A stretch of DNA of 34,211 nucleotides from Spirochaetota bacterium. GTDB lineage: Bacteria; Spirochaetota; UBA4802; UBA5550. Position numbers and translations under genes: made by a program. Below the pieces are notes generated by a model that was not told the DNA's origin, searched no databases, and saw only the letters and a list, made by a program, of their open reading frames with translations. Position 1 is the stretch's first letter. Each line of letters begins with the position of its first letter. Shown here piece by piece: positions 26,490 through 34,211 of the stretch. The stretch spans positions 1 to 34,211 of the forward strand of contig JBNKTL010000052.1 of the NCBI GenBank assembly GCA_050298055.1. Direction: 5' to 3'.

Positions 26490-27731
26490 CTAGAGTTCCG
26501 CAACATTTTCAAGCTTTGCCCGACTACCGCTCTTTTCCTTTACTCCCCGTGATGTGCCTTCGTCCCTGCCCAGGTCATCACCCTCATCCATCTGGCTGTC
26601 TTTCATTTCACCCTCACCGTCTTCGTTCAGATCACTCTCTTCCTCGTCCATGGTTTTCTTTTCGTCCTTGATCCTGTACATTATCTCCCTGGTACTCATG
26701 GTATTCCATTTCTTAGCAGTCTTGAAATATTTTCCGTGGGGATAGTCGTTCATGTAGATCTGGAACTCCCTGGCGGCAAGGTCAAATCTTTTAGCCATGA
26801 AGTAAGAGTATCCTTTTTTCATCCTTGCCTGCTGGTTTCTGTGGTGGTATGAATTTGAAAGCACCCTGTTGAAATACCTGACTGCCTCTTCGTATTTCTG
26901 AAGAGAATAATATGATTCGCCAATCCAGTATAAGGCATCTTCAGATCTCCTGCTGCCGGGGAAGTACCTGATAAGTCTTTTTAAGAATGATATTGCCGGG
27001 TAATATCGTTCTTTTCTATAGCTGTTATAACCGCTGCTGTAAACCTGGCGCAGGTACGCGTTACGAGTGTCATTGGTAAAGTGGCTGAAATTCCCATAGT
27101 ATTTAAGAAAGTATTCGTAGAGGTCATATGCTTTGTTGTCATAACCGATTCGTTTTAATGCCCTTGCCTTACCGAGTATTGCTTCTTCATTGGTCCCGTT
27201 TTCGGTCAGTGCAATTTCAAACATCCTTTTTGACTTTCTGTATTGTCCCATTTTGAGATAAGCATGCCCCAGTTCACTGTATATCCTGCTCCTGTAGTCA
27301 CGGTCATGCGAGATGTTCAGCATACCGAGAAGCTGGTTTATGCCCTCTTCAGTATAACGCTTCATAATAGTCAGGCGAGCGAGGCGTGTGTTTATCTCAT
27401 TTTTCAGTTCCGGTGAAACATCTGTTCCGGCTTTCAGGATATACGCATACTTAAGATAGGCAAGACGGTTAAGGCCGAGCTTTTCATAGCTCTGCCCGAT
27501 ATAATAATAAGCTTCATCAGCAGACGAAGTTGCCGGATAGCGGGCAATAACTTTAGACAATATGTTTATTGAATTATTCAGCGACTCCTTTGTCCCTCTT
27601 TCAAAGGCAATCTGCCCTTCCACGAGATATTCTCTGGCCTCTTTTTCCGGCCTTATACTGTTGTCATAGTAGACAAAAAGACCGATACCTGTTATTAACA
27701 ATAGTATTCCGATAATTAGTTCACGTCTCAT
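26490..27731 (-). CDS. Membrane-anchored TPR protein (BamD/CpoB-like C-terminal repeats)
   Basis: N-terminal TM; repeats such as FPGSRRSEDALYWIGESYY; acidic tail. Confidence 0.85.
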   Translation of the reverse strand: MRRELIIGILLLITGIGLFVYYDNSIRPEKEAREYLVEGQIAFERGTKESLNNSINILSKVIARYPATSSADEAYYYIGQSYEKLGLNRLAYLKYAYILKAGTDVSPELKNEINTRLARLTIMKRYTEEGINQLLGMLNISHDRDYRSRIYSELGHAYLKMGQYRKSKRMFEIALTENGTNEEAILGKARALKRIGYDNKAYDLYEYFLKYYGNFSHFTNDTRNAYLRQVYSSGYNSYRKERYYPAISFLKRLIRYFPGSRRSEDALYWIGESYYSLQKYEEAVRYFNRVLSNSYHHRNQQARMKKGYSYFMAKRFDLAAREFQIYMNDYPHGKYFKTAKKWNTMSTREIMYRIKDEKKTMDEEESDLNEDGEGEMKDSQMDEGDDLGRDEGTSRGVKEKSGSRAKLENVAEL

Positions 27732-27760
27732 TAAAAATTTCTCCTGGAATCTAAATCATA

Positions 27761-29521
27761 TCATCTGTTAATTCTCATCATCGCGAAGTCCCGCCAGAAT
27801 CCTGCTTCGCTGGAATAGTATTTCTTAACATTGCTTCTCACCAGATAATTTATCGCCTTCTTATACTCTTTCATTTCAATATACGACCGCCCGACAAATA
27901 ACTCTGCTTTTGCAATATCACGTTTATTATCGGTACTTTTTATGATATTTTTCAATTCTTTTACGGATTCTCTGTAATAACCCTTGAAAAACGTCCTTCT
28001 CAATACGGTATCAATATCACCCGATTCCCGAATTTCTTCATGTTCTGTCCTCATGGTTTTCCCGGGTGCTGCGGGTCTCCGGGTAATATTTTTTCCGCTG
28101 CGGAACCTGATATTTCGTATACTCTTTTCAGGCATTATACCATAGTATGCACCTGAGTATACAGGAGACCTGTCCACAAAGCTCTTGTCGGTTATATCCA
28201 CAATCTTAAGAATGTCTCTCTCCCTGAGAGACGAAGACCTGATTATTCTCACTTGAGACCTGAAGAGTTTATAGTACCTTTCAGAGGGGACACCTGAATA
28301 ATCCCATTCAACCTTCACCGTGTTGCCGCGGGGTAATGCCCTGATAGAGATCAGCCTGAACTCTTCTGACATAACAACAGGCCGCATTGTATAGTTCTTC
28401 TTCTTTACCAGAGAGATATTAGTAATCCCGTCCTGAAACTTTACAAAAACCGCATAATAGTATCTGCCTGCACCGGAAACCATATCCACATATTCAGTGA
28501 TATCCCTGCCGACAGTTTTTACCCGTGTTGCAGAATTGATTTTTTCCGGAGTGCTTATCATTTCATTTGATCTGTAAATATCAAAACCTTTAATATTCAT
28601 ATCCACATTCTCACCGGAGTATTCCCATTTGATGCGGACACTCCTGGCGTCCACCGCTGAAGATTCAATATTTGAAACCGTATTAACAAGCTTTTCCACA
28701 AATTTCACGCTTTTAGTCGTATAGCTCTGGTTGCTGACCGGCGTGAAGACCTCCTTTCCCTTTGTATCCTTTATTGAAATGGCATAGAAGAGATCACCCT
28801 TCTTGAGGATATTTTCATCAATAAACTCATCATTATCGATAACAACACCTACCCTTTTGGCATTTTTCAACTTGTTCACAGTATCAATGACATATTGTGC
28901 CCTGTAGATCAAATAGACATATCCCTTTGAGCTTACTTTGTTCCAGCTTACCAGTATTTTATCACTTCCGATACTTTTGGCTGAAATATTTGTGATATTT
29001 TTAACCTTAAAGTCCTCTTTCTTGATGAGCACCGGGAAAGAAGTAAAATTCACATCTTTATAAAGCTCAAGATCTTTTGCATGGATCTTGTCCCTGGATA
29101 CAATGACATAATAGTAGTTACCCGGTTTAAGTCCCTGGTCAATATAGATGTTCTTGGACCTGGACGTGACAATGGATACTGATTCTGCGGCCAGTGCTCG
29201 TTCAGGCGTATCGATGATTTCATCTGAGCGGCCTATGATAAACTGATCATCGTAGTCGGGATGGATATTCCAGGAGAGCCTTATGGAGTCATTCATGTAA
29301 GGGATCTTTACAGCCTTGATGTTGTAAGCAATATAAGGAGGAAGTCCCTGATTTTTCTTCTCCTCTTTTTTTACGGCCTTTTGAACATCTTCCTTATCCT
29401 CATCGAGAGTATAATCACCAACATACTGAGAGAGTATAACAGATGTATGTGTGACAACATTAACAGCAATCAGGCTGCACAAGACTATTATTAACGTTGT
29501 CAGATAGTGAGTTTTTTTCAT
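27761..29521 (-). CDS. Secreted protein with four FN3-like repeats and a C-terminal TPR
   Basis: Signal peptide; four ~100-aa units (I.L.W ... IYRS...I.T ... Y.D.....G.YYY ... N.T); TPR-like end. Confidence 0.8.
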   Translation of the reverse strand: MKKTHYLTTLIIVLCSLIAVNVVTHTSVILSQYVGDYTLDEDKEDVQKAVKKEEKKNQGLPPYIAYNIKAVKIPYMNDSIRLSWNIHPDYDDQFIIGRSDEIIDTPERALAAESVSIVTSRSKNIYIDQGLKPGNYYYVIVSRDKIHAKDLELYKDVNFTSFPVLIKKEDFKVKNITNISAKSIGSDKILVSWNKVSSKGYVYLIYRAQYVIDTVNKLKNAKRVGVVIDNDEFIDENILKKGDLFYAISIKDTKGKEVFTPVSNQSYTTKSVKFVEKLVNTVSNIESSAVDARSVRIKWEYSGENVDMNIKGFDIYRSNEMISTPEKINSATRVKTVGRDITEYVDMVSGAGRYYYAVFVKFQDGITNISLVKKKNYTMRPVVMSEEFRLISIRALPRGNTVKVEWDYSGVPSERYYKLFRSQVRIIRSSSLRERDILKIVDITDKSFVDRSPVYSGAYYGIMPEKSIRNIRFRSGKNITRRPAAPGKTMRTEHEEIRESGDIDTVLRRTFFKGYYRESVKELKNIIKSTDNKRDIAKAELFVGRSYIEMKEYKKAINYLVRSNVKKYYSSEAGFWRDFAMMRINR

Positions 29522-29649
29522 AAGATTTAATGACTTTTTTTTATTTTTCGGTATATATATCTTAATTCTTGAAACCTAATTACTTCACACAAGGTAATTT
29601 ATTATATCCCTTCTCCCTCACCTGAAATGGTGAAAATATTCCATTATAT

Positions 29650-29798
29650 CTAACGACTTAACTAGATGGATAAAAAAATAATATATTTACAAGAAATTTC
29701 AATAATATGTCCCCGCCGCCCCGGGCGGCGGAGACATATTGCTTATCAATTATTTTTACAATTAAGAAAAACATGATATTAAATAGTTGTACATAATG
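29650..29798. repeat. ~140-bp palindromic intergenic element, copy A (degenerate ends)
   Basis: Central hairpin AATATGTCCCCGCCGCC-CCG-GGCGGCGGAGACATATT (29704-29740, one mismatch); end motifs CTAACGACTTAACTA and TAGTTG about 70 bp either side. Outer limits approximate. Confidence 0.65.
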
Positions 29799-29912
29799 AA
29801 TAGTATATAATACTGGCGAAAATTTCATCTAAATTTTAATATGAGGATAATTTTCTAGACATTGCAGCACTATGTAACTATAATTAAATGAACAGGAAAA
29901 GTCATAAATAAC

Positions 29913-30052
29913 GAAACAGCTCAGCTATGTATAAAAATTGACATTTTATTGAATAGAAGATATCTGATGTAACCCCGCCGTCTTCGGCTGCGGGAACACA
30001 TTTTCGGTGTTTTGTTAAACATGTATTTTTAGCCATGCAGCTGAGGAGTTAC
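29913..30052. repeat. ~140-bp palindromic intergenic element, copy B
   Basis: Left end GAAACAGCTCAGCTATGTATAA, central hairpin CCCGCCGTC-TTC-GGCTGCGGG centred at 29984, right end CAGCTGAGGAGTTAC. Confidence 0.75.
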
Positions 30053-30065
30053 TAAATAAGAGTAT

Positions 30066-32108
30066 ATGCCCGAATTTGATCTTAAAATAAGGAGCAGGGA
30101 TATTGAAACCCTCATTGGCAAGATTATCGAGAATAATCCTGAAGCCGATATCCAAATTGTAAAAAAGGCATACGATTTTGCCAGTACTGCCCATTCCGAA
30201 CAGAAGAGGTTGTCCGGCGAGCCGTATATTGTTCATCCCCTTGAAGTCGCCATAATACTTGCAATGTTAAAACTCGATACAACCACAATATCTGCCGCCC
30301 TCCTTCACGATGTTGTGGAAGATACCGGGAATACTCTTGAAATACTTAAAAATGAGTTTAACGAAGATGTTGCACAGCTTGTAGACGGAGTGACAAAAAT
30401 ATCCACCATCAAAAGTAAGTCAAAAGTCGCTGCCCAGGCCGAATATCTTCGAAAGATGCTCCTTGCAACCATTGAAGACATACGGGTCATAATCATTAAA
30501 CTGGCCGATAAGCTCCACAATATGCGGACACTAATGTTCCAGCCTCCGCATAAACAGGAAAAAATAGCTCGGGAAACAATGGATATCTATGCGCCAATTG
30601 CGCGCCGACTCGGTGTAACAAGGATCAGCTCCGAGCTTGAAGACATTGCGTTTATGGTACTTTACAAGGAAGAGTATCACAACATCCGCAATTCACTTGC
30701 AGCCAGGAAGACTGAGCTCGATGAATATTTTAACAGTATTAAATCGATTCTCACGGAAACATTCAAAGAGTTTAACATCAAAACAACCATTACAAGCAGG
30801 GCAAAGCATTACTATTCAATATACAGAAAAATGAGTGAACAGAGGAAAACTATTGATGAGATCTACGATATACGCGGGATAAGGATAATAACCGGTGAAT
30901 TAAAGGACTGCTACGGCATTCTTGGAATAATCCATTCTCTCTGGACTCCCGTTCCGGCCCGTTTCAAAGATTACATCGCGGTTCCAAAATCTAATATGTA
31001 TCAATCACTCCATACTACTGTTATTGGCCCGGAAGGACATCCTCTTGAGATACAGATACGGACCAGAGAGATGCATGCAACTGCCGAGATGGGTATTGCC
31101 GCACACTGGATCTACAAAGAAGACGGGAAACAGGTAAAGAGGAATTACAATGAACTTGCTCTGCTTCAGAACATTAAGCAGGAGTACTCCGAAGATACAT
31201 CAAGCAGAGAGTTTCTCACCGATCTCAAAATGGACCTCTACGTGGATGAGATCTTTGTCTATACACCCAAGGGTAAAATCGTTAAGCTCTCCAAGGGATC
31301 AACACCGGTTGATTTCGCATTTGCCATACATTCCGAAGTTGGCGAACATACTGTGGGTTCAAAGGTTAACAACAAGATAGTCCCTCTGAAAACAAATCTT
31401 AAAAGCGGGGACATTGTGGAAATTATGACCGGTAAGAACGGCCACCCTTCGGAATCATGGCTTAAGTTTGTAAAAACATCCAAAGCCAGGTATAAAATAA
31501 GGAACTGGCTCAGGAAGAATTCTGAGAATAAATTCAAGGAAAACACACGAAGTGGCCACCAGAAAGAACCGAAGGCGGAAAAAATTGCCAAGGTATCCAT
31601 ACCTGCAAATGAACAGATGAAGCTTAAAAAGCTTTCCAGTAAAAATAAGATCGGCCTTTCCATAGACGGTGCTTCAAATATCGAGATCAAACTTTCCCAG
31701 TGCTGTCAGCCAATACCGGGAGATGATGTGGTGGGGTTTATTACACGGGGCAGAGGGATCACTATTCATAAAAAAAACTGCCCCTCTCTGAAAAGACTCT
31801 CCGATGAATCAGAACGGATGATTAACCTGGAATGGGAAGGGAGCGAAAACACACTCTATCCTGTAAAGTTAACTGTTTTGGGCCTGGACAGGAAAAACCT
31901 GTTAAAAGATGTTGCCGACCAGATATCCCTTGAAAAAACCAATATCCTCAAGATGGAAGCGACGGTAAAGGACCGGAACATTGCCGAAATAAAATTTATC
32001 CTTGAAGTTAAAAGTAATGACCATTTAAACCACATCATTAAAAAAATTAAAAAAATAAAAAACATTACTGATGCTTACAAGGTAAATGAAAAGGTTATAA
32101 TCAGATAA
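30066..32108 (+). CDS. rel: Bifunctional (p)ppGpp synthetase/hydrolase Rel (long RSH)
   Basis: Hydrolase HDVVED, synthetase RFKDY, YQSLHT and EIQIRT, TGS (TPVDFAFAIHSEVG), CCQPIPGD and ACT domains. Confidence 0.96.
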   Translation: MPEFDLKIRSRDIETLIGKIIENNPEADIQIVKKAYDFASTAHSEQKRLSGEPYIVHPLEVAIILAMLKLDTTTISAALLHDVVEDTGNTLEILKNEFNEDVAQLVDGVTKISTIKSKSKVAAQAEYLRKMLLATIEDIRVIIIKLADKLHNMRTLMFQPPHKQEKIARETMDIYAPIARRLGVTRISSELEDIAFMVLYKEEYHNIRNSLAARKTELDEYFNSIKSILTETFKEFNIKTTITSRAKHYYSIYRKMSEQRKTIDEIYDIRGIRIITGELKDCYGILGIIHSLWTPVPARFKDYIAVPKSNMYQSLHTTVIGPEGHPLEIQIRTREMHATAEMGIAAHWIYKEDGKQVKRNYNELALLQNIKQEYSEDTSSREFLTDLKMDLYVDEIFVYTPKGKIVKLSKGSTPVDFAFAIHSEVGEHTVGSKVNNKIVPLKTNLKSGDIVEIMTGKNGHPSESWLKFVKTSKARYKIRNWLRKNSENKFKENTRSGHQKEPKAEKIAKVSIPANEQMKLKKLSSKNKIGLSIDGASNIEIKLSQCCQPIPGDDVVGFITRGRGITIHKKNCPSLKRLSDESERMINLEWEGSENTLYPVKLTVLGLDRKNLLKDVADQISLEKTNILKMEATVKDRNIAEIKFILEVKSNDHLNHIIKKIKKIKNITDAYKVNEKVIIR

Positions 32109-32109
32109 C

Positions 32110-32751
32110 ATGAATATTATTCTCGGTTCCGCGTCACCAAGAAGAAGAGAGATACTTTCCGGTCTTTTTGCAAATCTGGATGTGGTCCCCTCCTCTATAG
32201 ATGAAATAATATTGTCCGGTGAAACACCCGAGGAATTTACCGTAAGGGTTTCAAAAGAAAAGGCTCTCGAAATAAGAGTAAATAAAAGGCTCACCTTCCC
32301 CACTCTTCTTATTACCTCTGATACCGCAGTTGCAATTAATGAAAAGATTCTCGGGAAACCCGCAGGTCATGATGACGCAGTCAGGATGTTGAAAATGCTC
32401 AGCGGGAAAAGACACAGGGTGATCAGCAGTATAAACCTGGAATATATCCACGAAGACTCCCTTATATCACAAACTGGTTATGAAATTACCTCTGTTTATT
32501 TCAGGGAACTTACTGATCAATCCATCGAAAAGTACCTGGGGAGGATTGGCTACATGGATAAAGCAGGCAGTTATGCAATCCAGGAATCGGGTGAGTTGAT
32601 TGTAGAATATATTGAAGGTTCAATGACAAACGTAATTGGTTTCCCCCTTCGGAAGTTCTTCTCCCTGCTTGCCGGGATGAACCTCCTTGATGAACTTTTT
32701 AAATTCATCCCGGCAAAAACCGAAAAAGATCCGGAACCTACTTGTTCTTAA
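32110..32751 (+). CDS. maf: Maf-family nucleoside triphosphate pyrophosphatase
   Basis: ILGSASPRRREIL, SDT, ILGKP, DKAGSYAIQ, NVIGFP. Confidence 0.95.
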   Translation: MNIILGSASPRRREILSGLFANLDVVPSSIDEIILSGETPEEFTVRVSKEKALEIRVNKRLTFPTLLITSDTAVAINEKILGKPAGHDDAVRMLKMLSGKRHRVISSINLEYIHEDSLISQTGYEITSVYFRELTDQSIEKYLGRIGYMDKAGSYAIQESGELIVEYIEGSMTNVIGFPLRKFFSLLAGMNLLDELFKFIPAKTEKDPEPTCS

Positions 32752-33352
32752 ACATATTCACCATGTCTCTGAACATGTTATAAAAACTCCTCAGTTCATC
32801 TGTCTCCCGAAGTTCCCTCATCTTCTCAGGGAAGTTACCTTCAAGAACGCTCTTCATATACATTGTCATAACATAAATCGGACCGGAAACTCTGTGTGTT
32901 CGTCTTATCAGCTGAATATAGAGGATCGCGGTCCCGATAATAATCAGAATGATGATTGCAATGAGAAGGAATGTGTTGAGTTTCATGATACCGGCATTGG
33001 ACTTCATAATATCGTCGTTTGACTTCATGATCTCTTTCATCTTCTTCATGTTTGCAACATGGTTATTTGCAACATCCCTGATAGCCTTTTTGTAGATTTC
33101 GTCCTCCGATGTTAATGATCGCGACGAAAGAAAATGAACAATGTTGTCCTGTATCTCGTTAATATTCTTAATTTTCTCATTATTGGCGTTGATATTGACA
33201 TTGTTCTTATCCATTGTTCTGTTGTTAATAACAATACTTGTGCCGATAATTACGATTAAAAAAGCAATAATTACAGCCACTATGCCGATTATTGAGAATG
33301 TTGTTTTTAACTGGTACTCTTTATCGATTAAATACTGTTTTCTTTTTGTCAT
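32738..33352 (-). CDS. Two-TM membrane protein with coiled-coil loop and HAMP-like C-terminus
   Basis: KRKQYLID..YQ start, two TMs, THRVSGP...LRETDEL; SD AGGAG. Confidence 0.8.
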   Translation of the reverse strand: MTKRKQYLIDKEYQLKTTFSIIGIVAVIIAFLIVIIGTSIVINNRTMDKNNVNINANNEKIKNINEIQDNIVHFLSSRSLTSEDEIYKKAIRDVANNHVANMKKMKEIMKSNDDIMKSNAGIMKLNTFLLIAIIILIIIGTAILYIQLIRRTHRVSGPIYVMTMYMKSVLEGNFPEKMRELRETDELRSFYNMFRDMVNMFKNK

Positions 33353-33378
33353 TGATCTTACTCCTGATTTCCAATAAT

Positions 33379-34059
33379 TTATTTAGGGACCATCTTCAGC
33401 AGAGCTTCAACCGTCTCGGCTACAACCGGGTCCTTGGAGTTTTTACAATAAACCGAATATATTACCGGTGGTTTAATCTTAAGCTTATAGATCTTGTAAT
33501 AATTAGTTTTAAATATTAAGGTGTATCTTCCCCTGACCTTACTAAAGTAAAATTCACACATAATTGTCGTTGTGGCATCGGGATCATAGAACTTGACACT
33601 GTACCCATCTCCATAAGGATAGATATCAGAGCCATCTTTCAGCTTAAATTTAAGGATGTCAACCGATTTCATTTTGTAGGAATAGTTCTCTTTAAAGATC
33701 GATCCGCCGATTATATCCCTCTTCATTTTTTCAAGGTTTGAAAAAAACTCGCTGCTTGATTTTGTCTTGGTTCTCATTTTTTTACTGTCCGGAGAATATT
33801 CGATTACTGCGTCCACAGTATTGTCGCTTCCTTTGTCAACAATGTGTGAAATTACCCTGCTTGCTCCCGTAAAATCACCTATTGTAATATAGGTATCGTC
33901 GTCAAAGGACTGCATGAAAAAATAGTTTCTAAAGTCCTTTGGTACGGGCAGAAGTTTCAGTTTTTCCCTGGACATTGGATAGTTAAAAAATGTGTTTGAG
34001 ATGGATACAGTGGTGATAAGGGTCAGAATCAATATGCTAAGAAAAATTCGTTTTTTCAT
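33379..34059 (-). CDS. Secreted hypothetical protein
   Basis: 226-aa ORF with signal peptide and SD AGGA. Confidence 0.8.
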   Translation of the reverse strand: MKKRIFLSILILTLITTVSISNTFFNYPMSREKLKLLPVPKDFRNYFFMQSFDDDTYITIGDFTGASRVISHIVDKGSDNTVDAVIEYSPDSKKMRTKTKSSSEFFSNLEKMKRDIIGGSIFKENYSYKMKSVDILKFKLKDGSDIYPYGDGYSVKFYDPDATTTIMCEFYFSKVRGRYTLIFKTNYYKIYKLKIKPPVIYSVYCKNSKDPVVAETVEALLKMVPK

Positions 34060-34120
34060 GGCTTAAATCCTGTTTATAACATATAATAATCCTTTATGTT
34101 ATTTTATATTTATTTAATGA

Positions 34121-34211
34121 GTAACTCGTCAGCTATGTATAAGAATAATCATATTCAATAAAAAAATAACTGATATGTTCCCGCCGCCGAAGGCGGCGGG
34201 AACATATTTTT
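34121..34211. repeat. ~140-bp palindromic intergenic element, copy C (cut by the window end)
   Basis: Left end GTAACTCGTCAGCTATGTATAA; perfect 16-bp hairpin ATATGTTCCCGCCGCC-GAA-GGCGGCGGGAACATAT (34173-34207). Confidence 0.8.

Noticed and set aside
29704..29740. Rho-independent terminator call for the GC hairpins at 29704, 29970 and 34173
   Set aside because: They lie upstream of gene starts, not after stops, and sit centrally in a larger repeated unit.

Overview
Bacterial chromosomal window; the gene mix suggests a free-living spirochaete-like lineage, but that is inference only. Left to right: an intact-looking IS3-family element (8-1589); an AT-rich 2.4 kb strip of co-oriented, mostly broken type II toxin-antitoxin modules, three with leaderless-type promoters; a GC-richer recC-recB-recD operon; a DUF285/BspA-like surface lipoprotein flanked by a 13-bp direct repeat and a 19-bp perfect palindrome; envelope and housekeeping genes (TPR protein, LysM-M23 peptidase, YkgJ, an RsmG-TrmH fusion, apt); an unusual XRE-HTH/TM/DctB-like dCache/TM/PAS protein divergent from a TAXI-TRAP transporter; htrA; TPR and FN3-like secreted proteins; rel; maf; and two hypothetical genes. 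Best candidates for undescribed biology: (1) the membrane-tethered, kinase-less XRE-dCache-PAS regulator with its transporter and repeat-rich intergenic region; (2) a family of ~140-bp intergenic elements with GTAAC-N3-TCAGCT termini and a central GC hairpin (three copies plus a possible collapsed one); (3) the RsmG-TrmH fusion; (4) the eroded TA strip next to recBCD. Family assignments come from motif recognition; no database searches were run.
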